Shown: piece after piece, positions 1 to 7,639 of the stretch | How the letters are laid out: each line of letters opens with the position of its first letter | How positions within the stretch are numbered: position 1 is the first letter of the stretch | Assembly (NCBI RefSeq): GCF_001412615.1 | Contig: NZ_CP013011.1 | Coordinates: forward strand, 1,050,001 to 1,082,000 | DNA: 32,000 bases | Reading direction: 5' to 3' | Source: Pyrodictium delaneyi | GTDB taxonomy: Archaea; Thermoproteota; Thermoprotei_A; Sulfolobales; Pyrodictiaceae | Position numbers and translations under genes: made by a program | The notes under the pieces: model-generated | The model's input: only the letters and a program-made list of their open reading frames with translations | Database searches by the model: none | What the model was told of the DNA's origin: nothing

Positions 1-191
1 GGCTCGAGCTCTGTCGACGTAGTCTCACTCCTTGTAACAGTTATATAGTACTTAACTTCGATTGCATGCACTTTTAACGTTTCGCTGCATTTGTTTACAA
101 CAATTATATATGGCCCGTCAACACTATAAAGTATGCATCCTCTTAGCTTTTCTACTACCGTACCTGGTAGAGACAAAAAGCCCACCTCCAT
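1..191 (-). CDS. Hypothetical protein, 5' part only (gene runs off the left edge of the window)
   Basis: The minus-strand ATG at 191..189 opens a frame with no stop through position 1 (63 codons, MEVGFLSLPGTVVEKLRGCILYSVDGPYIIVVNKC...). A TATAAATA box lies about 22-29 nt upstream on the same strand. I recognise no family. Confidence 0.4.
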   Translation of the reverse strand, partial: MEVGFLSLPGTVVEKLRGCILYSVDGPYIIVVNKCSETLKVHAIEVKYYITVTRSETTSTELE

Positions 192-212
192 CTAGTATTG
201 TCCACGAACTGG

Positions 213-220
213 TATTTATA
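213..220 (-). promoter_or_regulatory. TATA-box candidate for the partial minus-strand ORF starting at 191
   Basis: The minus strand reads TATAAATA, centred about 26 nt upstream of the ATG. This spacing is typical of leaderless archaeal transcripts. Confidence 0.3.
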
Positions 221-682
221 CAGAGTCATTAAACAGGCTTAGGCACGTTAAGAAACCCTAACAATTAATGCAGAACTGAACCTCGTAGAAGCAAAAACTG
301 CCTATCACATCTAAATTAACTTAATTCTCTAGCTAACTAAAATATCTATTCAGCAGTTCGAGCAGCAAGGATCAGACCCGGTGGAGGCCAGGCATCCCCC
401 TGTTACGGGCTTAGCGACGTGCAATCGTCATCATCTCCTGGATATTACTTGACCTCTTCGGCTACCCTATTTTAAGTCAGCTTAGGTTATAGATTGCGAA
501 GTGACAACACTGCATTCGGGGATGAGGATAAACCCCGTCTCGTGAGCCTTGTACGCCGTGAAGAGTGCACCGGTTACCGACCCACTACTATATCGTCATA
601 TCGCGATAAATCATAGCCTTGATATCGGCCATGCAAGATTCCTTGCCAGCTAGGCAGACAAGGTTTGTATCAACCTCACGAC

Positions 683-767
683 TGTTTGGGGCGGCTGGCA
701 TCGGCAGAGCAACTCCTCGTCACGACATCATCAGCTGAAAACCGGGCTCCTCCCAGCCAGCCGCCCC
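683..767 (-). ncRNA. Candidate structured RNA (unclassified): 12-bp GC stem, symmetric internal loop, UGAUGA (K-turn-like) element
   Basis: There is a perfect inverted repeat, ggggcggctggc (688-699) with gccagccgcccc (756-767). A 7x6-nt internal loop follows, then GAGC/GCUC (707-710 with 746-749). On the minus strand the apical part reads CAGCUGAUGAUGUCGUGACGAGGAGUUG, and AAACA follows the stem. The strand assignment is tentative. Confidence 0.25.
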
Positions 768-801
768 ACTCGTTTACAACGTGAAGCTGTAAGGGCGGTA
801 G

Positions 802-808
802 ATATATT
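802..808 (+). promoter_or_regulatory. TATA-like box upstream of the RavA-like ATPase gene
   Basis: The sequence atatatt ends 25 nt upstream of the TTG start at 833, consistent with a leaderless or short-leader transcript. Confidence 0.3.
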
Positions 809-832
809 CCCTGACGTGGGAGAGTTGTCCCC

Positions 833-1999
833 TTGGGCAGTAGCAATTTGCAGGGAAATGTTAGTACACGTCACCTATTAGAACGTATACGTAAGTTCTA
901 CGAGGCTTTAGCTGAGCCATTCATAGGTAGAGATGAAGAAGCGCGAGCAGTAACATTAGCCATACTTGCACGTGAGCATGTAGTATTAATAGGAGAGCCT
1001 GGTACAGCAAAATCGGCTATAGCTAGGCGTAGCGCCGAGCTAATTAATGCCAAGTTCTTTAAATACCTCTTGACAAAGTATACCGAGCCAAGTGAACTCT
1101 TCGGCCCCCTAGATCTTAACGCATTGAGAGAGGGTAGATATGTCAGAATAACTCGAGGCAAAATGCCGGAGGCCGAAATAGTATTCCTCGATGAGGTATT
1201 TAATGCGAACTCTGCCGTTCTCAATGCATTGCTAAGCATTATGCAGGAGCGTGTATGGTATGACGGCTACACCGAGGTACATGTGCCTTTATGGACACTC
1301 ATAGGCGCTACCAACAGAGTACCCGAGGAGCCGGAACTAGAAGCTATATATGATAGGTTCCTTGTCCGCCAGTATGCTAAGCCACTTCCAGAAAACAAGT
1401 GGAGCGAACTTCTCGACGCCGGCTGGAGAATAGAAGCCGGCAAAATCCCTCCAGCACAGCCTGTACTCGACATAGACACGTTAAACGAACTTCATAAACT
1501 AATATTCGAAGTTGACATGTCTGATATTAAGCCTAAACTTTTACGCCTATTTGCTGTCCTAGAAGAAAGGGGACTCCACCTAACAGATAGGCGTAAGGCA
1601 AAATCACTAAAGATAATCGCCGCTAATGCACTTCTCGAAGGAAGGCTGAAAGCTGAGGAACGTGACCTCATAGTCCTCAAGTACATAGCACCAAGGGATA
1701 TCGAGGACTTCGACAAGGTTAGCATAGTGCTTTCAGAAGAACTACGTATGCCGGAACGCTTTATAAAAGAGTTAAACGATATTAAGGCTAACGTCAAAGA
1801 AGCTGCAAGACTCGTAGACTCTATGAGGAGTTACGACCCACGTCTTGTCGACCTATTTAGGAGCCTAAAGATAGCAAAGAGCAGGATACTGAACATACTA
1901 AAGGAGGCAGACGATGAACGTGTAAGAATGCTTGCCGACGAGACCCTCCATGAGATAGACGAACTACTAGAAAAGATATCTTACAAGCTGGGGATGTAA
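833..1999 (+). CDS. MoxR-family AAA+ ATPase, RavA-like
   Basis: Walker A is GEPGTAKS, Walker B is EIVFLDEV, and ATN is present. The long block FKYLLTKYTEPSELFGPLDLNALREGRYVRITRGKMPEAEIVFLDEVFNANSAVLNALLSIMQER closely parallels the E. coli RavA core as I recall it. The start is TTG. Confidence 0.9.
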   Translation: MGSSNLQGNVSTRHLLERIRKFYEALAEPFIGRDEEARAVTLAILAREHVVLIGEPGTAKSAIARRSAELINAKFFKYLLTKYTEPSELFGPLDLNALREGRYVRITRGKMPEAEIVFLDEVFNANSAVLNALLSIMQERVWYDGYTEVHVPLWTLIGATNRVPEEPELEAIYDRFLVRQYAKPLPENKWSELLDAGWRIEAGKIPPAQPVLDIDTLNELHKLIFEVDMSDIKPKLLRLFAVLEERGLHLTDRRKAKSLKIIAANALLEGRLKAEERDLIVLKYIAPRDIEDFDKVSIVLSEELRMPERFIKELNDIKANVKEAARLVDSMRSYDPRLVDLFRSLKIAKSRILNILKEADDERVRMLADETLHEIDELLEKISYKLGM

Positions 2000-2003
2000 G
2001 ATA

Positions 2004-3317
2004 ATGACTATACTTAAGGGAGTAAACTACAACGATCCACCCATAAGATATAGGGGAGAGCGTATAATAACACTTCTTCGTAAGCTTCTACCCGAGCCAA
2101 TTGAGACACCCGACTATCTAGATACAGACTTTGCGATAACAGTGTACTATTCGCTATTCCTCCCTTACCCAATGCTTCAAAAACCCAAAGTCAAGGACCG
2201 GAAAAACCTATTACATTACATGATAATATCCAAGATGCTTGCATCACCTCGGCTTGTCGAGGTAAAAAAGCACACTATAGCTGACTCCACTACGAGCATG
2301 GTGGCGTCAGCTGTATTCCTAGAAGCCCTTGCTCAAGAGCTAAACAAGCTACCACGTCCCCAAGATGGCGAAGCAAGCACATCAAACAAGTATGACTCTG
2401 GCAGGGAATCTACCCAAGAGAGCGAACTGGAGAGGAGCGTCGAGAGGGCACTTGAGACTGCAAAAGATGCAGCCCGGCAAGCCAAGGAAATAACTAATCT
2501 TGCTATGAAGTTTGCCGCAGGAAGCACCTCCATACTAACTTTGGATGACGTTATAAGGGATGTCATTAACCTGGCACGCAATACTGATGTACGTATGTTA
2601 CTCGAAGCCCTCAAGACCATAGAAGATTCCGAGGCATATATAAAGACTAGGAAGATACAGAGTCCACGAGGCGAGTTAGACGGCTACGAATTAGGCAATG
2701 ATATAGAACGTGTAGCTGCAAGCGAGCTAGCCCTTCCCCACGAACTGTTTCTCGTAAAGTTTGCTGAACGAAACCTACTACTCTATCGGAAAGTTGTCAA
2801 CGAGGATTACGGGAAGTTCTACGTGCTACTCGACAAGAGCGGAAGCATGATGGGGATGAAGATTATATGGGCTAAGGCTGTGGCTTTAGCTCTAGCCCAA
2901 AGAGCAGCTAGAGAGAGACGAGAATTTTACATACGGTTCTTCGATAGCATACCTTACCCACCACTCCACATACCCAAGAGGATACACGGGAGAGACATAG
3001 TAAAACTGCTCGAGTACATAGCAAGGATAAGAGCTAATGGCGGCACAGACATAACACGTGCAATACTGACTGCCGTGGACGACATAATATCTGGCTCATC
3101 AACATCGAAAGTCTCAGATATCATACTGATAACTGATGGCGAGGACAGAGTAGCTATAGATACCGTTCGTCGCGCACTTGCACGTGCTAATGCCAGATTA
3201 CACACAGTAATGATATATGGAAACAATCCAGACCTGAGAGTAGTGTCGGAAAGCTACATGGTGGCTACGAAACTAGACAGAGAAGAAGCCCTCAAAGTGA
3301 TAATGGCCGGCACCTAG
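2004..3317 (+). CDS. von Willebrand factor A (VWA) domain protein, ViaA-like partner of the AAA+ ATPase
   Basis: The C-terminal VWA domain has a MIDAS motif, LLDKSGSM (DxSxS), plus NGGTDI and ILITDGED. The gene starts 4 nt after the ATPase stop. The N-terminal ~250 aa are unassigned and include an acidic/Ser-rich stretch. Confidence 0.85.
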   Translation: MTILKGVNYNDPPIRYRGERIITLLRKLLPEPIETPDYLDTDFAITVYYSLFLPYPMLQKPKVKDRKNLLHYMIISKMLASPRLVEVKKHTIADSTTSMVASAVFLEALAQELNKLPRPQDGEASTSNKYDSGRESTQESELERSVERALETAKDAARQAKEITNLAMKFAAGSTSILTLDDVIRDVINLARNTDVRMLLEALKTIEDSEAYIKTRKIQSPRGELDGYELGNDIERVAASELALPHELFLVKFAERNLLLYRKVVNEDYGKFYVLLDKSGSMMGMKIIWAKAVALALAQRAARERREFYIRFFDSIPYPPLHIPKRIHGRDIVKLLEYIARIRANGGTDITRAILTAVDDIISGSSTSKVSDIILITDGEDRVAIDTVRRALARANARLHTVMIYGNNPDLRVVSESYMVATKLDREEALKVIMAGT

Positions 3318-4198
3318 GGCGGCTCGATTCTATAGAATTTCACAATATTGTCAATATTGACATTATGAAGGGTTTCTTCGTCTACTAAGCCTTCCTTGAG
3401 TAGCTCTAGTTGTCTATCGATTATCTCCCAGGGACATGATGAGACACAAGGTCTCTTCGGATCATCTATATAATCCGATTCTATCATAATTGACGTGCCC
3501 GACATTCTCTCGAAAGCTTTTCTCATTAGTTCTTTTTTACCCGCTATCGTGGCCCAGTATCCGCCTCGAGTAGCATATTCTGCTACCCTTATAGATGCAT
3601 GGTGGAAGAGTATATTTGTGCGTGGTATAGATACGAGTTCCACCAGCTTTGTCATAGTATCCACTGTGGCAGGTCCTGCATTCTCAAGGTGCAAGTGTAT
3701 TATACAGTCATAGTCACGTGCTAGCTCTAAAGCTCTAGTAGTTATTGTGGATGCTATTGCAACCCTTTCGGGCATCGTCTTATAGTGCTGTCTGCCTACT
3801 TCTCCAATACCGTCTAGGAGTCCACGTTTGCACAAGTCGGCTACGTATTCTATCACTTTGAGCCCGAGGTTTAGTGTATCCTCTGGCGAGAGGCCCATTG
3901 ATATGAGTCTATCTACCTCAGCTGGATGGAATCCAGCCAGACAAGAAACGCGTAGACCAGTCTCACGGGCCTTTTTACACTCGTCAAGATGTTGCTTTAT
4001 AGCCCTAGTATACATCTCGAATGTCGGCTCTACATCAATATTATAATGCCACGGAGGCAGCATTACCAACGCAGCAAACCAGCCGCCTTTGTTGATAAAT
4101 TTCTCAGCAATAGCCGCGGCACCTAAGCCCTTAGGACTACTATGCATATGAGCATCTGCGAAAACAAGACCCTTCATAGCGGGATAACCCTCATGCAC
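3314..4198 (-). CDS. TatD-related TIM-barrel metal-dependent hydrolase (COG1099-like)
   Basis: Motifs seen: FADAHMH (HxH metal site), GIGEVG, IIHLHLEN, FHHAS, ESDY. The true start may be the second Met (MKGLVF, codon at 4177). Confidence 0.75.
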   Translation of the reverse strand: MHEGYPAMKGLVFADAHMHSSPKGLGAAAIAEKFINKGGWFAALVMLPPWHYNIDVEPTFEMYTRAIKQHLDECKKARETGLRVSCLAGFHPAEVDRLISMGLSPEDTLNLGLKVIEYVADLCKRGLLDGIGEVGRQHYKTMPERVAIASTITTRALELARDYDCIIHLHLENAGPATVDTMTKLVELVSIPRTNILFHHASIRVAEYATRGGYWATIAGKKELMRKAFERMSGTSIMIESDYIDDPKRPCVSSCPWEIIDRQLELLKEGLVDEETLHNVNIDNIVKFYRIEPP

Positions 4199-4431
4199 TA
4201 AGGCTTAGGCCTGGGATTTTTGAGACCTTCCGGAAGAAGACTACGGAGAATTTTATCAGTGCTTGATTAGAATTAGAAGGGTCGGTGTAGGACCACCCGT
4301 TCATCCCCCGGAGGCTTGGGCTCACCCGGGGCTCCCTGGTAGGGGCTTCCTCATACCCCGATGCATTGATGCAAGCTTGAATTGATAGTCGCGTGTTTAA
4401 CTACCGAAAGCTGTTCCCCTCCTGACTTTTA

Positions 4432-4494
4432 TCAGCCCTCACACGGCTCTTCATAGGCACTACAGTAGAGCCTCTGGCCGGAATCGCTCATCAC
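4432..4494 (-). ncRNA. Candidate box C/D sRNA
   Basis: The minus strand reads 5'-GUGAUGA (4488-4494) GCGAUUCCGGC CAGA G GCUCUACUGUAGUGCCU AUGAAGA (4448-4454) GCCGUGUGAGGG CUGA (4432-4435)-3'. The C and D boxes are canonical. C' has one mismatch and sits exactly 12 nt before D. D' is degenerate (CAGA). Length is 63 nt. There is no good terminal stem. Confidence 0.35.
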
Positions 4495-4554
4495 GCCTAT
4501 GTTCTGCCTCCCTGGTTTTGTTTATCCAGGCAGTAGGATTATACTTACCAGGTA

Positions 4555-5127
4555 GTGTATAGCGGAAGCGCCGGGGTCTACGCTATGGCGGATAGTCCTT
4601 GGAGCCGTGCTATTAGATTAGCGTTTATACTAAATCTAGTCATCTATATGGTTGGGTTTGTTGCTGGATTTACTTCGCCGAATGCAAACATGCTTGAGTC
4701 GGCACTGAAGAGCTTTAGTGGAATAGAAAACCTTCCTCTATTTCATCGCTATGTTCTCATAGCTGTCAACAACATAGCTCTTGCTTTCATACTAGTAGTA
4801 TCATCTAGCATTGTAATACCTGGTCTAGCTATTATAGCCTATAACGGCTATGTATTAGGTACCCTAACTGCGCTATGGCTCCATGTAGACCAGCCCATAT
4901 GGAGGCTGTTGATGCTAATACTCCCCCACGGGATTATAGAGCTTACAGCTCTGTTCTATACATCCTCTATAGGTTTATCGATAGCAATTATACTCATGAG
5001 TAACAAGAAGCGTGAAGGTATCATAGAGCGGGCCTTAGCTAGTCTCCCTATAGCTGTATACTTGCTTCTCCTCGCAGCAGCTGTTGAAGTATTACTGACG
5101 CCTCGCTTAGCATCTTCTTTAATTTAA
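4555..5127 (+). CDS. Integral membrane protein, SpoIIM/DUF95-like
   Basis: Several hydrophobic helices are present, plus the motif LPHGIIELTALFYTSSIGL that is typical of the stage II sporulation protein M family. The start is GTG; an alternative ATG lies at 4585. Confidence 0.65.
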   Translation: MYSGSAGVYAMADSPWSRAIRLAFILNLVIYMVGFVAGFTSPNANMLESALKSFSGIENLPLFHRYVLIAVNNIALAFILVVSSSIVIPGLAIIAYNGYVLGTLTALWLHVDQPIWRLLMLILPHGIIELTALFYTSSIGLSIAIILMSNKKREGIIERALASLPIAVYLLLLAAAVEVLLTPRLASSLI

Positions 5128-5202
5128 GACTGCATTACTTTAGCCTAAAAGATTGAAAGTAAATATACGAGGATTACTAGAGAAACCTACGCGGGAGAGA
5201 TA

Positions 5203-5619
5203 GTGGCGGGTATACTCGAATTTAGGCTAAAGCTTCCAACAGGACGCGAAGCTGCTCTTGTAGAGGGGTTACGCTTCTGTTACGACTTGAGCGAGACAGA
5301 TGCAATAATCCTCTTCGAGCTACTCAAGGGTGGAGAGTATACAGTTGATGACCTTACACGTGAACTACGCCTAAGCAAGGCTACCGTGAACAGAAGCCTC
5401 TCTAAACTAGTCGAAATAGGATTCGTATCAAGAGCTAGAGAAAAACGCGCAGGCGTAGGAAGGCCGCGTTACCGTTACTATGTAGAAGATCCGCGAAAGG
5501 TTATAATGAGGGTAATAGAGGACTTTGAGAGATGCTCATCAGCCTTCAAGGAAGCCTTACAGGAACTCCTACAGGTAATAGAGGAGGAGAGAGCCAAAAG
5601 GAAAAGACAACAAGCTTAA
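5203..5619 (+). CDS. Winged helix-turn-helix transcriptional regulator (TrmB/MarR-like)
   Basis: The segment YTVDDLTRELRLSKATVNRSLSKLVEIGFVSR forms a helix-turn-helix plus wing (GRPRYRYY). The C-terminus looks like a coiled coil. Confidence 0.7.
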   Translation: MAGILEFRLKLPTGREAALVEGLRFCYDLSETDAIILFELLKGGEYTVDDLTRELRLSKATVNRSLSKLVEIGFVSRAREKRAGVGRPRYRYYVEDPRKVIMRVIEDFERCSSAFKEALQELLQVIEEERAKRKRQQA

Positions 5620-5721
5620 CTTTCTACTTTGAAGAGAATTTAATACAATCAGAATGTGCTAGTGCATCGTAAGCAACTAAACTACAAGGTTACATAGCTT
5701 GGAGTTGTTTCCCTCTCCGCG

Positions 5722-6057
5722 TTAAAACTCTTCTACGTCTTCCTCAGTTTGATAGTCACCAGAGTCGCTCTCTGCAGCGACAATATCCATACTTGCAGTC
5801 CTAGCTACTGCTTGATTGGACATGACTACTTGCATATAATATAGTATGGCTTCTCGTATGAACTCGCTCCTACTTGCATACCCCAGTGAACGCCATACGC
5901 GATCCATCTCCTCTATTATGTCTACTTCAAGTTTTACTGATACGACCTTCTTAGGCGGCGGCACTGGAATGTCAAACACGTTATCAACATCATACACTTT
6001 CTGTCTCCCAGCCATTGTAAGCACACCATACGCGCCAGCACTGCCATAACTTATCAC
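5722..6057 (-). CDS. Ribbon-helix-helix (CopG/NikR-type) DNA-binding protein
   Basis: KKVVSVKLEVDIIEEMDRVWRSLGYASRSEFIREAILYYM fits a beta-alpha-alpha RHH pattern. The C-terminal tail is acidic. No adjacent toxin-like ORF is present. Confidence 0.65.
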   Translation of the reverse strand: MISYGSAGAYGVLTMAGRQKVYDVDNVFDIPVPPPKKVVSVKLEVDIIEEMDRVWRSLGYASRSEFIREAILYYMQVVMSNQAVARTASMDIVAAESDSGDYQTEEDVEEF

Positions 6058-6322
6058 GTAACTGGCTAGCCTATAACGGAGTTTTTAATCAACCGTAGCA
6101 AAGTGTTGTACTGAGACTTCAGATATACTACATTAATATGATTTAACAGCTCTTCGGTAGTACCGGCTAGAGCTATCATTGTACTACTAAATAATGTGTA
6201 ATATAATTGGCATTTCAACTATACTACATGTAGCCATAATTATTCACGTCGGTTTGCTCCTGGCGATAGTGCGCTGGCAACAAGTACTAGTGCAAGTGAG
6301 CATAAGATACTAGGGAGATGCC

Positions 6323-6913
6323 GTGCAGAGCACTGACATCGACGCAAGAGAGCCTCAGAAGATAAATGAGATGATAATAGAGTGTCCAGTTTGCAAGGAG
6401 AAATCTCTGAAAATAGAAGACTATCTTTACAACATGCCTATCATAGGTAAGGTTATATTGACAAGTGGTAAGTGTAGCACTTGCGGCTATAAGTTTAATG
6501 ACGTTAGACTTGCTGAAGCAGGTAAACCTCGAAAGCTTGTACTGAAGATTGAAAGACCAGAGGACTTGAACGCTCTTGTGGTTAGAGCCTCCTCCGCTTC
6601 CATACTTATTCCTGAACTAGACCTTAGCATGATACCTGGTCCCGCCTCAGAGGGCTTCATAACAACTGTTGAGGGAGTACTTGAGCGTTTCCTAGAAGCT
6701 GTTGATGCTGCGTGTGCAGATCCAGAAGCCGATAAGACTGCATGCGAGAAAGCGAGAAACATGATAGAGGAAGCTAAACAAGGAAAACGGAAGTTTACAC
6801 TAGTAATCGTAGATCCAGAAGGTGTAAGTGCTATAGTATCTGATAAGGCTAGAGAGGAACCAGTCAGTAAGGAGGAACTAGCAAAGCTAGGCTATATCGT
6901 GGCTGAGGACTAA
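6323..6913 (+). CDS. ZPR1-type zinc finger protein
   Basis: CPVCKEKSL...(27 aa)...CSTCGYKF forms a C4 zinc ribbon and is followed by a ZPR1-like beta domain. The length and layout match archaeal ZPR1-related proteins. The start is GTG; an alternative ATG lies at 6371. Confidence 0.75.
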   Translation: MQSTDIDAREPQKINEMIIECPVCKEKSLKIEDYLYNMPIIGKVILTSGKCSTCGYKFNDVRLAEAGKPRKLVLKIERPEDLNALVVRASSASILIPELDLSMIPGPASEGFITTVEGVLERFLEAVDAACADPEADKTACEKARNMIEEAKQGKRKFTLVIVDPEGVSAIVSDKAREEPVSKEELAKLGYIVAED

Positions 6914-6956
6914 AAACTGGGAAGAAAGCTCAAGAGGCTAGCAGCTACCAGAGTGT

Positions 6957-7493
6957 TTACTCTACTTTTATCTTTAAGCCACCTTCATCTTTCTCTTCGG
7001 TCTTTTCCTTCTCTATTGTCACCTCTAGCACGCCATTCTTGTAACGAGCCTTCGCTGTTTCAGGCTTTATACCAGGCGGTAGTTCTATCTCCTTGTAGTA
7101 CTTCCTATCCTTGTTCTCTGCCTTAATTATTAGCTTGCCATCCTTTACTCTTACGTCTATCTTGTCTTTATCTACTCCAGGTATCTCGGCGACAACTACC
7201 ACGCGGTCCTTTTCGTCGATCACGTCGACTAGTGGCTCAAGTCTCTCCTCTATTATAGCCCTACGTCCACGTCTCTTCACATTACCAAATTCCTCAATTA
7301 TTGGTTTGCCATCCGGCCCTATCGTTATCCTGACACCGTAAACTATTGGGCCCTTTATCTCTCTACCTTGTAGCTGGCTTGCCCTAGCCTCAAACTCTTC
7401 GAACATGTTCATGGCTAGACGTTCCATCTCTCTAATCATTTCCTCAATCTCATCGAATATGTCACTAAATCTGCGACGCCATATGAAGGACAT
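6957..7493 (-). CDS. hsp20: Small heat shock protein, Hsp20/alpha-crystallin family
   Basis: The alpha-crystallin domain reads VDVIDEKDRVVVVAEIPGVDKDKIDVRVKDGKLIIKAE...YYKEIELPPGIKPETAKARYKNGVLEVTIEK. Confidence 0.9.
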   Translation of the reverse strand: MSFIWRRRFSDIFDEIEEMIREMERLAMNMFEEFEARASQLQGREIKGPIVYGVRITIGPDGKPIIEEFGNVKRRGRRAIIEERLEPLVDVIDEKDRVVVVAEIPGVDKDKIDVRVKDGKLIIKAENKDRKYYKEIELPPGIKPETAKARYKNGVLEVTIEKEKTEEKDEGGLKIKVE

Positions 7494-7639
7494 CCCTTCT
7501 CACCATAACCTATTTCGTATCTACTATCTTGCCCTATTAATATTCTTGGACTCATGGTACAAGTGTAACTACTAGCCCACCAGTAGCTATAGAGCTGCAT
7601 AAAGACCCCCTTCAAGCCGTTAAATCATCCACACGGTAT

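Noticed and set aside
374-389. Short motifs shared between intergenic islands: agacccgg at 374-381, 14372-14379 and 30799-30806; agacccgg(g)tggag(g)cc shared by 374-389 and 30799-30814; tgtgacgta at 14302-14310 and 30843-30851. There is also a vague resemblance to 16S GGAUUAGAUACCCGGGUAGUCC.
   Set aside because: For about 2.5 kb of intergenic sequence compared with itself on both strands, dozens of shared 8-9-mers are expected by chance. The longer alignment needs two indels. The 16S resemblance is only about 14 of 22 positions with gaps. This is not enough to claim a repeat family.
372-434. Box C/D-like pair on the minus strand: AUGAUGA (428-434) and CUGA (372-375), 63 nt end to end
   Set aside because: No credible C' or D' boxes lie at guide-length spacing. 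A lone C+D pair at this distance is expected by chance about 0.5 times in a window this size.
898-1797. The minus-strand ORFs inside the RavA-like gene (898..1239, 1267..1479, 1492..1797), and the many similar antisense or off-frame ORFs inside other genes. Examples are 2333..2620, 2954..3226, 3495..3713, 3828..4046, 17493..18302, 19805..21063, 24450..26971, and 28125..28666.
   Set aside because: They lie wholly within longer ORFs that carry strong family motifs. They have the Ser/Ala/Thr/Leu/Arg-rich, low-complexity composition typical of frame shadows in GC-balanced coding sequence. None has a recognisable motif.
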